64,000 bases of DNA from an uncultured Acidobacteriota bacterium. GTDB taxonomy: Bacteria > Acidobacteriota > Vicinamibacteria > Vicinamibacterales > UBA2999. Under the pieces are notes generated by a model. The model was not told the origin of the DNA, ran no database searches, and saw only the letters and a program-made list of their open reading frames with translations. The position numbers and the translations under genes were made by a program. Of this stretch, positions 18,322 through 26,387 are shown one piece after another (within the stretch, counting starts at the first letter, position 1; each line of letters begins with the position of its first letter). Location: positions 291,191 to 355,190 of the forward strand of contig CAVYZT010000003.1 of assembly GCA_963773045.1 (NCBI GenBank), read 5' to 3'.

Positions 18322-19683
18322 ATGATCAAGCCAGACATCCCGCTCAACGAGCCGGAGCGATTGCAGGCCCTCCGTGCTCTCCGCATCCTCGATACGCCGC
18401 CGGAAGAGCGCTTCGATCGCATCACGTCCCTGGCCGCGCGCGTGCTGCGCGTGCCGAAGGCGTACATCTCCATGGTCGATGGCGACCGCGAGTGGCTGAA
18501 GTCCAAGGTCGGCATGCAGACCCAGCAGAACCCTCGCGACCTGTCGTTCTGCGGACACGTCATCCTCGGAGATCGGCCCATGGTGCTTCCGGATGCGACC
18601 GCCGACCCCCGTTTCAGGGACAATCCGCTGACCGACGGACCCGACGGGATCCGCGCGTACGCGGGCGTGCCGCTGACCTCCGAAGGGGGTTACAACGTCG
18701 GGGCACTCTGCGTCGCCGATCACCGAGTGCGATCGTTCAGCGACGAGGACATCCAGGTATTGGTGGATCTCGCGGCCCAGGTCGAGCGTGAGCTCAGGCT
18801 GGTGGACGTCATCCGCTTGCAACAGGATCTCATCGAGACACAGCGCGTACTCGCGGAGAGCCAACAGCAGCTGTCCCACGAACTGGAGCAGGCGGCCAGC
18901 TACGTGCGCTCTCGACTGCCTTTGCCCATGGACGGCGAGGTCGCTTCGGACTGGCGCTTCATCCCTTCCCAGGCGCTGGGCGGCGATATCTTCGACCACT
19001 ACTGGGCCGACAACGACCACTTCGTCGCCTATCTCGTCGACGCCTCCGGTCACGGCGTGGGGTCCGCGCTGCTGTCGACATCGGTGATGGACGTCTTGCG
19101 CACGCACGCGCTTCCCGATACGGACTTCCGCGATCCGGGCGCCGTGCTCACCGCCCTCAACACCGCGTTCCAGATGACCGACCACGGCAACAAGTACTTC
19201 ACGATCTGGTACGGTGTCTACGACCGGCGCGATCGCAGTCTCGCATTCGCGACCGGCGGCCATCCACCTGCCGTGATGCTCCTCGGTCGCCCCCGGATTG
19301 AGAAGCTCGGGCGCCCCGGCCTCCTCGTCGGTGGATTTCCCGACGCGCGATTCGAAGTCCAGAAGTATCAGATTGCGGCCCCGTGCAGCCTGCTGCTGTT
19401 CAGCGACGGCCTGTACGAAGTAGCCGCCGCAGACGGCTCGATCATGGGATTCGATGAGTTCATCGACCTGCTGCACGGTAATGGCGCCGATCCAGCGATC
19501 GATCTCGATGGGATCCTCCACGAAATCCGCGGTGTGACCAACGGCGCCGGATTCTCTGACGACGTCTCCATCCTCAGGCTGGATTTTACGGGGCAAGACG
19601 GCTCCGACTTCAAACCGCGTGAGGCAGATGCGCTCAAGTCATCAGTCGAAGGGTCGAACTTGGGAACAATTTGGGAACAATAG
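18322..19683 (+). CDS. GAF domain + PP2C/SpoIIE-type serine phosphatase
   Basis: 453 aa. N-terminal GAF (..FCGHVILGDRPMVLPDATADPRF..YAGVPL..GALCVAD), coiled linker, then SpoIIE core (..GGDIFDHY..VAYLVDASGHGVGSALL..FSDGLYE..DDVSILRLDF). The last codons run into repeat 19657-19707. Confidence 0.85.
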   Translation: MIKPDIPLNEPERLQALRALRILDTPPEERFDRITSLAARVLRVPKAYISMVDGDREWLKSKVGMQTQQNPRDLSFCGHVILGDRPMVLPDATADPRFRDNPLTDGPDGIRAYAGVPLTSEGGYNVGALCVADHRVRSFSDEDIQVLVDLAAQVERELRLVDVIRLQQDLIETQRVLAESQQQLSHELEQAASYVRSRLPLPMDGEVASDWRFIPSQALGGDIFDHYWADNDHFVAYLVDASGHGVGSALLSTSVMDVLRTHALPDTDFRDPGAVLTALNTAFQMTDHGNKYFTIWYGVYDRRDRSLAFATGGHPPAVMLLGRPRIEKLGRPGLLVGGFPDARFEVQKYQIAAPCSLLLFSDGLYEVAAADGSIMGFDEFIDLLHGNGADPAIDLDGILHEIRGVTNGAGFSDDVSILRLDFTGQDGSDFKPREADALKSSVEGSNLGTIWEQ

Positions 19684-19707
19684 CGCCCGAACACCGGGTA
19701 AGAGGAG
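19657..19707. repeat. 49-bp imperfect direct repeat, copy 2 (partner at 223-271)
   Basis: See the feature at 223-271. Confidence 0.6.
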
Positions 19708-19740
19708 AGGGCAGGGCTCAACAGAATGCAAGATTCTCGC

Positions 19741-19880
19741 AGCCGATCCTCGGATTTGGGAACACTTGGGAACGATTCGCGTTCGACTGCTTCGATGGCC
19801 TTACGGTGCGAGGCATCGACCACGTGGGTGTAGATGTGGAGCGTCGTCGAGATGCTCGCGTCTGGAGAGGACCCGCAACC
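19741..19880 (-). pseudogene. Integrase extreme C-terminal remnant (about 45 codons)
   Basis: The minus frame after an in-frame TGA (tca 19881-19883) reads GCGSSPDASISTTLHIYTHVVDASHRKAIEAVERESFPSVPKSED. This is the (G)H.S..TT...YTH tail of tyrosine recombinases. Nothing N-terminal is present. Confidence 0.55.
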
Positions 19881-20052
19881 TCAATCGACACAACGCGTAC
19901 AGTGTTTTCGGTAGGCACAGGTCGGCGCCCTCACTACCGTTACGACGGCCGCGACACGGTTAGGATCGCGATATGACCTGGTTGGAGAAGCGCGCCACGC
20001 CCCGGGCAATGGAGAGGACGAATGGCAGCGGGTTCGACGCGGAGGGACAGGA

Positions 20053-21225
20053 ATGATCGGTCCGGCCCTGTGTCTGGTCGTGCTGCTCTCGGGCTGCGCG
20101 TCGCTTGCCGGCCTTCCCGCCGCTCCCGCGATCGATGCACGGGTGCGAGCCGCCCTGGTCGAGACACGCGCCAACGGCACGGCGATCGCTGTGATCGATG
20201 ATGGCCGAGTGGCCTACGTGCAGGCGTACGGCGCACGCAACGCCAAGGGCGATCCGCTTCAAATCGACACGGTGATGTACGGCGCATCGCTCACCAAGAC
20301 GGTGATGGCCTACACGACGCTGACATTGGTGGACCAGGGCAAGCTGGAGCTCGACGCGCCGCTCGGCGACTACCTCGAGCAGCCTCTGATCAGTTACGGC
20401 GAGAGCCAGGCGCATCTGGCCAAGTACGGCCCCTATCGCGATCTGGCTGGCGACGAACGCTGGCGCAGGATTACGGCGCGCATGGCGCTGACCCACTCCA
20501 CGGGTTTCCACAACTTCTGGTTCATCGAACCGGACCAGAAGCTGCGCATCCACTTCGACCCAGGGTCACGTTACAGCTACTCGGGCGAAGGCTTCAGCCT
20601 GCTGCAATTCACCATCGAGCAGGGAGCCAGGACCAAAGGGCTCGGCGTCGACGTCAAGGACCTGACCAACGCCATCTTCGTCCGGTTGGGCATGACGCGC
20701 ACCAGCCTGCAATGGCGTCCTGACTTCCGGCCGAATCTGGCCGACGGGTGGAACGATAAGGGCGAGCCGCAGGAGCATGACGAACGCTCGAATGTTCGCG
20801 TCGCCGGCTCAATGGACACCACAATCAGCGACTTGGCGAAGTTCATCGCTGCGCTGGTGCGCGGCGACGGCCTGTCGATGGCCGCGCGTGCCGAAATGCT
20901 CAAGCCATCGCTGCACATCGGTACTGCCCACCAGTTTCCCAACTTCGCGCCTTATCTACCGAAGGCCGAACAGCGGCCAGACCTCGCGGCCGGATTGGGC
21001 GTAATCGTGTTTGAAGGGCCCCAAGGCCGCGGATTCTACAAAGGCGGCCACGACGGGCAGACCGCCAACAGCTTCGTGTGCTTGGAGCGCGGTCGCCGTT
21101 GCGTACTGCTGCTCGCCAACGATGTTCGCGCTGAGGCACGCTTCGTTGATCTGGTTCGCTTTGTGCTCGGCGAAACCGGCGTCCCCTATGACTGGGAGTA
21201 TGCCGATCACGCGGGCAAGTCCTGA
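20053..21225 (+). CDS. Serine hydrolase, beta-lactamase/transpeptidase-like family, lipoprotein
   Basis: 390 aa. Lipobox LLSGC, SxxK motif in MYGASLTKTVMAY, and ..HSTGF... Confidence 0.85.
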   Translation: MIGPALCLVVLLSGCASLAGLPAAPAIDARVRAALVETRANGTAIAVIDDGRVAYVQAYGARNAKGDPLQIDTVMYGASLTKTVMAYTTLTLVDQGKLELDAPLGDYLEQPLISYGESQAHLAKYGPYRDLAGDERWRRITARMALTHSTGFHNFWFIEPDQKLRIHFDPGSRYSYSGEGFSLLQFTIEQGARTKGLGVDVKDLTNAIFVRLGMTRTSLQWRPDFRPNLADGWNDKGEPQEHDERSNVRVAGSMDTTISDLAKFIAALVRGDGLSMAARAEMLKPSLHIGTAHQFPNFAPYLPKAEQRPDLAAGLGVIVFEGPQGRGFYKGGHDGQTANSFVCLERGRRCVLLLANDVRAEARFVDLVRFVLGETGVPYDWEYADHAGKS

Positions 21226-21246
21226 CTGCTGTCTCCGGTACTTTCC

Positions 21247-21268
21247 AGGGGTCGCCGCGGCGACCTTT
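21247..21268 (+). terminator. GC-rich palindromic hairpin after the serine hydrolase gene
   Basis: aggggtcgccgcggcgaccttt: perfect 16-nt palindrome ggtcgccg/cggcgacc (21250-21265) followed by TTT, 22 nt after the stop. Confidence 0.35.
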
Positions 21269-21406
21269 GAACTAACTTTCGATTTCTACATGTCCGCCGG
21301 ATCGACGAGATGCTCGCGTCGCTGTCAGTCTCGGAGCCATCAGGCCGCGCCTTCTTCTTTGGCCTGGCACTAATCGCCAATCGACCGCCGTCTAGACTCC
21401 GTCCAG

Positions 21407-21610
21407 CTAGGTGGATGTGCGCCGCACGTTCTCGGCCCGAGGACCCTTCGGCCCCTCGCCCAGGTCAAATTGGACACTCTCACCTTCTCTCAGATTCTCA
21501 AGCTCTTCGCCCTGCACGGCGCTCTTGTGAAAGAAGTACTCCTTTCCCGCCGCGTCCTTGATGAACCCGAAGCCCTTGTCAGCTCGGATGGTTCGAATCG
21601 TTCCTGTCAT
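21407..21610 (-). CDS. Cold-shock protein (CspA family)
   Basis: MTGTIRTIRADKGFGFIKDAAGKEYFFHKSAVQGE..GESVQFDLGEGPKGPRAENV; RNP1-like KGFGFI and FFH motifs. ATG 21610 is preferred over the longer ORF start. Confidence 0.9.
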   Translation of the reverse strand: MTGTIRTIRADKGFGFIKDAAGKEYFFHKSAVQGEELENLREGESVQFDLGEGPKGPRAENVRRTST

Positions 21611-21818
21611 GAGGTTCCCTTCCTTGTAAGTACGAACGTCGCTACCGATTGCCGCTTCTAGCTGCGCCACTCCTTGCGCTCGCCAGCCGCCACGTCGCCG
21701 GCGAGGGTTGCCTCAATTCGATGAGGTCCAGTACCGACTCTCGACGCGGCCCATCATGATTGAAGTGCGGTGCAGCACATCTGCGAAGCGGTGCACCGAA
21801 TGACTTTCGATGCCTGAA

Positions 21819-22031
21819 TCACGAGGAGATGCACTCGCGGACCCTGTGGCACAGAGTGCAAGTCATTTCTCCAACGCGGTAGGGCTTGATGGCCTTCAAA
21901 GGACGTATGAGCTGGTTCACTTGAGCCTGATTCGTGACGTTGACCTGTTCACCCAAGCAACGAGTGCAATAGAACTGGCCTGGATGGTCCGCCAAGAACT
22001 GTTTGACAGCCTCAGCGTTCTCGATGTTCAC
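21819..22031 (-). CDS. Small hypothetical protein with CxxC...CxxC (zinc-ribbon-like)
   Basis: 70-aa ORF, ..FYCTRCLGEQ..EMTCTLCHRV... Local GC is visibly lower (about 52% on one 60-nt line I counted). Confidence 0.4.
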   Translation of the reverse strand: MNIENAEAVKQFLADHPGQFYCTRCLGEQVNVTNQAQVNQLIRPLKAIKPYRVGEMTCTLCHRVRECISS

Positions 22032-22151
22032 AATGCATTCTTATCGATCGCGGATGCCGTGGACCAGAAATTCGCATCTGGGCGCGAGATGACGCCACTA
22101 CCGCATCACCCCTCGACCGCGTCGATCGCTTCGCGTCTGTGGCGGGTTGTT

Positions 22152-22337
22152 TCAGCTGCTGCTTCGTGCCAGAAACGCGAGATAGGCGATGACGAGGATG
22201 GCCGCCAATAGCACGAGGCGAGCGACACTCATCAACCTGGTGTGCGCGACGTGGCGTGTGCCGCTCGGCTTGATACCGGTGACGGCGGCAAAAGCTGCGA
22301 GCAGAACGGCCAGGGTGAGCCAGACGAGCCAATTCAT
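22152..22337 (-). CDS. Small membrane protein, two predicted TM helices
   Basis: 61 aa: MNWLVWLTLAVLLAAFAAVTGI..LMSVARLVLLAAILVIAYLAFLA. Confidence 0.4.
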   Translation of the reverse strand: MNWLVWLTLAVLLAAFAAVTGIKPSGTRHVAHTRLMSVARLVLLAAILVIAYLAFLARSSS

Positions 22338-22384
22338 GATCGTTCAACTCTACCTGTGAACCGGCGGCGTATTACACGCTGTTC

Positions 22385-22757
22385 GTGATCGAACTGCAAT
22401 CGCGTCGAGTCCAGATCGTCGGCTGCACGCCGCATCCGGACGACGCTTTCATGCGACAGGTCGCGCGCCAGCTCACTGATCCCGTCGACGGAGTGCTCGC
22501 TGGGCCGCGCTTGCTGATCTGCGATCGCGATCGGAAGTGGAGCAGTACCGTCCGGCAGCTACTCGAGGCGTCAGTGTGCAGATGGTCCAGACACCCTTTC
22601 GCGCGCCGAATTGCAACGCGCATGCGGAGCGATTTGTTCGCTCGATCAAAGAGGAAGGCTTGGACCGCAAGGCGTCGGCTCCGCGCGTCGTGGCGGCGCC
22701 ATCCGCCGCCGCCAACGTCTGGGTGGATTGCTCAGCTATTACCATCGCGCAGCGTGA
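22385..22757 (+). mobile_element. Degraded DDE (rve-type) transposase remnant: N-terminus missing, frameshifted, internal deletion
   Basis: ..IELQSRRVQIVGCTPHPDDAFMRQVARQLTDPVDG..LICDRDRKW.. then (other frame) ..VQTPFRAPNCNAHAERFVRSIKEEGLDR, then (third frame) ..RLGGLLSYYHRAA-stop at 22755-22757. Only about 10 codons separate LDR from RLGG, where homologs I remember have about 50. Confidence 0.7.
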
Positions 22758-22801
22758 CCGTGACTCGAGCAATGCAGTCCGCCCGAGTTATCGGACATTA
22801 C

Positions 22802-22832
22802 GGGCGGGGTGGACGGGACTCGAACCCGCGGC
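22802..22832 (-). other. tRNA T-arm/acceptor-like fragment (no complete tRNA)
   Basis: The reverse complement gccgcgggttcgagtcccgtccaccccgccc contains GGTTCGAGTCC with flanking stem. No matching 5' acceptor (GGGGTGG), D-arm or canonical anticodon loop lies in the next 60 nt. Confidence 0.3.
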
Positions 22833-22871
22833 ACTACGCAGTCGGATCGACTTTGCGATAGCCACAGCATC

Positions 22872-23483
22872 TCAAAAGCAGTCGCATTGACAACCTAGCT
22901 TCTCGAGCGGCTTCCCGGGACACTCCTGATGGTAGCAGCAGCCGCCACACTGCATACCCCCTTCCGGAATCCACCCGCCGGTCGTATAGATCTGGCATCC
23001 CCGGTCCGGGATGGGAGTTCCGTCCTCCGTGCACTTCTCCGGATGTAACTCGCAATACGGCGTAGGTGCTCGTCCATTCCCGCCTCCACCAGAAGGCGAA
23101 CACCCAATAATTTCGTTGCACGTGGCGAGGCACGCCATCGCCTGGATAGCATTGAATCCGCACACCAGCGTCACGAAATTCATGCACGGTATAGTGAGCG
23201 TGCCGAGTGTCAAGGATCCCACGCCGGCACAAACAGTGGCGACGTCGAAGCAGAACTCCGCTTGGTCAGAGAGTTGGGCGTAACACGACGCCTTGCATGC
23301 ACTACACGCCTTGAAAGACGAGCCCCCCTGCGGGTAAACCATGTCAGCGTGCAGGGACACCTTATCAGCCCTAGCGTTGCCTGTAGATCGATAAGCAGCC
23401 GTTGACCGGTAGAGCGAGGACCGTGCGGTGAATCCGGGAACACGCATGATAGCGCTCCCTCTTAATCCGCGTCGGGGTCCCAT
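22872..23483 (-). CDS. Cysteine-rich orphan protein (about 21 Cys in about 190 aa)
   Basis: ORF ..KACSACKASCYAQ..FCFDVATVCAGVGSLTLGTLTIPCMNFVTLVCGFNAIQAMACLATCNEIIGCSP..YCELHPEKCTEDG..GCQIY..MQCGGCCYHQECPGKPLEKLGCQCDCF. Likely start is MRVPGF (23447). GC is about 55% on a counted line. No family recognised. Confidence 0.5.
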   Translation of the reverse strand: MGPRRGLRGSAIMRVPGFTARSSLYRSTAAYRSTGNARADKVSLHADMVYPQGGSSFKACSACKASCYAQLSDQAEFCFDVATVCAGVGSLTLGTLTIPCMNFVTLVCGFNAIQAMACLATCNEIIGCSPSGGGGNGRAPTPYCELHPEKCTEDGTPIPDRGCQIYTTGGWIPEGGMQCGGCCYHQECPGKPLEKLGCQCDCF

Positions 23484-23821
23484 CGTCGGGTCGGGGCGCT
23501 GGTCGCTGAAGTCCGTTCGCCGAACCTTGCCATAGGAGACTCGAGCCGGATCTCCATTCTGGCCATCTCGAATACTGTACGACGCTACACCCGACGCGCC
23601 GTTGCGTCCACCTCTTTGGTCGTGCTTCGTTCCACGCTCGTCATTGTCGCGAGCCGTTCACCGTCCGGTCGTATGGGTTCAGGCTCTCGAAGCTGAGACA
23701 ACCGCTCTCAAGGGTGCTGTTCGTGTGGGCAGGAATCTACTTGCCCGAGTCACATCTCCGATCGCTGGTGTCGTTCCCCGGAAACCCCAATCGATAGTCT
23801 GGTCGGACATCCAACGTTCAA

Positions 23822-24787
23822 CTAACGGGGCTTCCAGTCGGGCAGGCGATCGTTGCCGGCGCCGGTCGTCAGTTGCTGCAGCGGCATTGCGCGAGACGGA
23901 TCGACGATAGCAAGATCCCAGTCTTCGCCCTCGCGATGCCCGGGGCCGATGGAGATCGCGAGCAACCGACTATCTGGCGACCAGTCCGGATAGTAGTGCC
24001 ATTGCGCCGGATCGCCGGCGATCGGCTGCGGAGAGGTGCCGAACGACGAGACAATCTGGATATTCGAGGGCCGGCGAACCCCCGAAACGTGCGCGATCGA
24101 CTGGCCGTCGGGGGACCAGTTGGGCCAGCACCCCGGGGCTTCGTCGAACGGCCAGGTCATGCGGGTCGCAATCTCGAACACGTGCACCTGGTAGGCCCAC
24201 CCGAAATCGACCGGGAACGTCTGCGCGACGAAGGCGAACCAGCCGCCATCCGGGGACACGCTCGGCATGAGCGCGTTGCCCTCGAAGAACACGGTGAGCC
24301 GTTCGACGCGGCCGTTGGCGGGCCAGAGCTGATAGAGATCGCTGTGCTCGGCGCCGCGATCGCGATCGGAGCCGAACACGAGGCTCTGGCCGTCCGGCAG
24401 CCAGGACGGATCGTGATCGTTTCCGCCATGATCGGTGAGGCGCGCGACATTGCGGCCGTCGGCGTCCATGACATACAAGTTGTAGCTGCCACCGCGGTCG
24501 GATTTAAAAGCGATGCGACTGCCGTCCGGCGAATACCGGGGCTGCTCGTCGTTCCAATCGCCGGTGGTGAGCGCCGACACCGCGCCGCTCGACAGGTCTA
24601 TCGCATAGATCTTGACCTTGCCGGTGGGATTGTTCGGCGAGCGCACGTCCGACTGAAACACCAGCGTGCCTGAGAGGTTCCGAGGGAACGGCGAAACGGG
24701 TGTTGGCCCGTGTTGCGCGCTGGCCGCTGACACCATTGACAACAGCAGGGCTATCGCAGTGGAGACGCACACGGCGAAATAGTGCAC
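23822..24787 (-). CDS. TolB-like PD40/WD40 beta-propeller repeat protein, secreted
   Basis: Signal peptide ..IALLLSMVSAASAQ. Repeated ..P.YSPDGSRIAF.SDR.G..NLY.. / ..PSWLPDGQSLVFGSDRD.. / ..PNWSPDGQSIAH.. / ..PDWSPDSRLLA.. blades. Confidence 0.8.
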   Translation of the reverse strand: MHYFAVCVSTAIALLLSMVSAASAQHGPTPVSPFPRNLSGTLVFQSDVRSPNNPTGKVKIYAIDLSSGAVSALTTGDWNDEQPRYSPDGSRIAFKSDRGGSYNLYVMDADGRNVARLTDHGGNDHDPSWLPDGQSLVFGSDRDRGAEHSDLYQLWPANGRVERLTVFFEGNALMPSVSPDGGWFAFVAQTFPVDFGWAYQVHVFEIATRMTWPFDEAPGCWPNWSPDGQSIAHVSGVRRPSNIQIVSSFGTSPQPIAGDPAQWHYYPDWSPDSRLLAISIGPGHREGEDWDLAIVDPSRAMPLQQLTTGAGNDRLPDWKPR

Positions 24788-25023
24788 TGCTCCGATCCTA
24801 CGCCTTCTTCCGGCGTATTTCTTTTTTCTTACGGCCTGTCCTCGGGCCGCGGTACGTACTTCTCCGCGGCCGATTGTCTAATTCCGCCTAGGGCGGGCAT
24901 CATGCACTCTCCTAAGACGATGAGTCAGTCTACGGTCGAAGTCGGTTGGACGTGCGCGCTGGGACATCGGCTGGCAAATGGTCCATATCCAGAGCACGGC
25001 CGTCAAAGGATGATCAGGAACCC

Positions 25024-26091
25024 CTAGGGCACCTCGAGGGTCGTGCGAATCGCGGCAAAGAATGTCTCGGCCACCTTCCGGTATCCGGCTTCGGTCAGGT
25101 GCACTCCATCGACTCCGACGTAGGTGTTCACATCGTTCAGCAACGCACCGTGGATATCGACTAGCACTGCGCCCTCGCCAGCCGCCACCGCGCGCACTCG
25201 CCGGTTGAAGTCGTCGAGGAGCGGCGGCGGAATCGAGCCGGGGCTGGGCCTCGACGGCGCCAGCGTGGCAATGAACACGCGCGTTCCTCGGTTGCGCGCC
25301 TCGCTCGCCATGGTACTCAGCGCGGCCGCCGCACCACTGGCGGCGCCGTTCTCCCCGGTGCCGATATCGTTATAGCCCTCCATCAGAAGCAACACCTCCG
25401 GGCGCATGGCATTGAACACTTGGAGGAAGCGCGGGACCGCCTCCCTCGCGCGCTCACCAGACTCTCCTTGATTCTCGATCCCAATCTGCGACACCTGATC
25501 GCTGTATCGCGCCACCAACAGCTTGCCAAGAATGGTCGGGTAAGAGGCCGATGGAACGACGATCAACCCAAACGACGGCAGACCGGCCTCCGCCGGCGCG
25601 AGCCGGTTCAGCGGCTGCGTGACTTCCCCCTCAGTGATGCTGTCCCCGAACGCCATGAAACGCGTCCGGCTCAGGCGCGGCGCCGGCACAACCGTGACCG
25701 AAAGCACACAGGAGGCCGTGCGATTCAGCGCATCTGTGGCGCGGCACTCCACCGTGGTCGATCCGGTCGAAAACGTCGACCCGGAGCTCGGCGTACACGC
25801 GATCGCCACTGGTGCGTGACCGCCCACGACCGCGGGATCGGCAAACACGATCGGCGTGCCAGCGGGCGAGGTGGAGGTCTGGGAGATCGATGGTGGACAG
25901 GTGACGCTCGGCGGATCGGACACCGCCGCTGGCGCCGTTGGCGTCGGCGTCGGTGTGGGCGTGGGTGCCGTCGGGGGGGTGCAACCCGCGGCCACGATCA
26001 CGAGGAGGATTGAGGCGGCGCCCGCGACGAAGTGGCGAACTGATGGTCGAGGAGCTCGCGCACTCATTCGGGCCACAGCGCCACTCACCAT
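25024..26091 (-). CDS. SGNH/GDSL-family hydrolase lipoprotein with PT-rich linker and Ig-like N-domain
   Basis: Lipobox VAAGC, PTPTPTPTPT linker, block I FMAFGDSITEGE, ..GYNDIG.., ..DGVHLTEAGY... Confidence 0.8.
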   Translation of the reverse strand: MVSGAVARMSARAPRPSVRHFVAGAASILLVIVAAGCTPPTAPTPTPTPTPTAPAAVSDPPSVTCPPSISQTSTSPAGTPIVFADPAVVGGHAPVAIACTPSSGSTFSTGSTTVECRATDALNRTASCVLSVTVVPAPRLSRTRFMAFGDSITEGEVTQPLNRLAPAEAGLPSFGLIVVPSASYPTILGKLLVARYSDQVSQIGIENQGESGERAREAVPRFLQVFNAMRPEVLLLMEGYNDIGTGENGAASGAAAALSTMASEARNRGTRVFIATLAPSRPSPGSIPPPLLDDFNRRVRAVAAGEGAVLVDIHGALLNDVNTYVGVDGVHLTEAGYRKVAETFFAAIRTTLEVP

Positions 26092-26387
26092 GCTATCTCA
26101 CCGTGTCGGGGAGCTGTCAAAAACGCGCTGTCGGTGGACTCTGTTGTTCCTTCTGTTCTCACTCCTGCTGCCGAAGCCTCCGCTTGTAGTCGCGCTGCTG
26201 ACAGCGCGCGGCGATGGTTCGCCCAGCGCTTCTTCCACCGCCGCTGACGCCGTCTTTCCGGCCAGGCTGGCACCTGAAGGCGGTCAGTCAACCCCGTTTA
26301 CTTGGGCGCCACTTTGCAGGACGCTCCGCCCACTTTCCTGGGGTCGCCAACGCTGTCCGTCATCGTCTGTCGCAAAGGAGCCCTGAG

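Noticed and set aside
22802-22880. Complete minus-strand tRNA next to the IS remnant
   Set aside because: The T-arm and 3' acceptor are present, but the required 5' acceptor GGGGTGG, the D-arm and a loop with U33 are missing from the upstream 60 nt.
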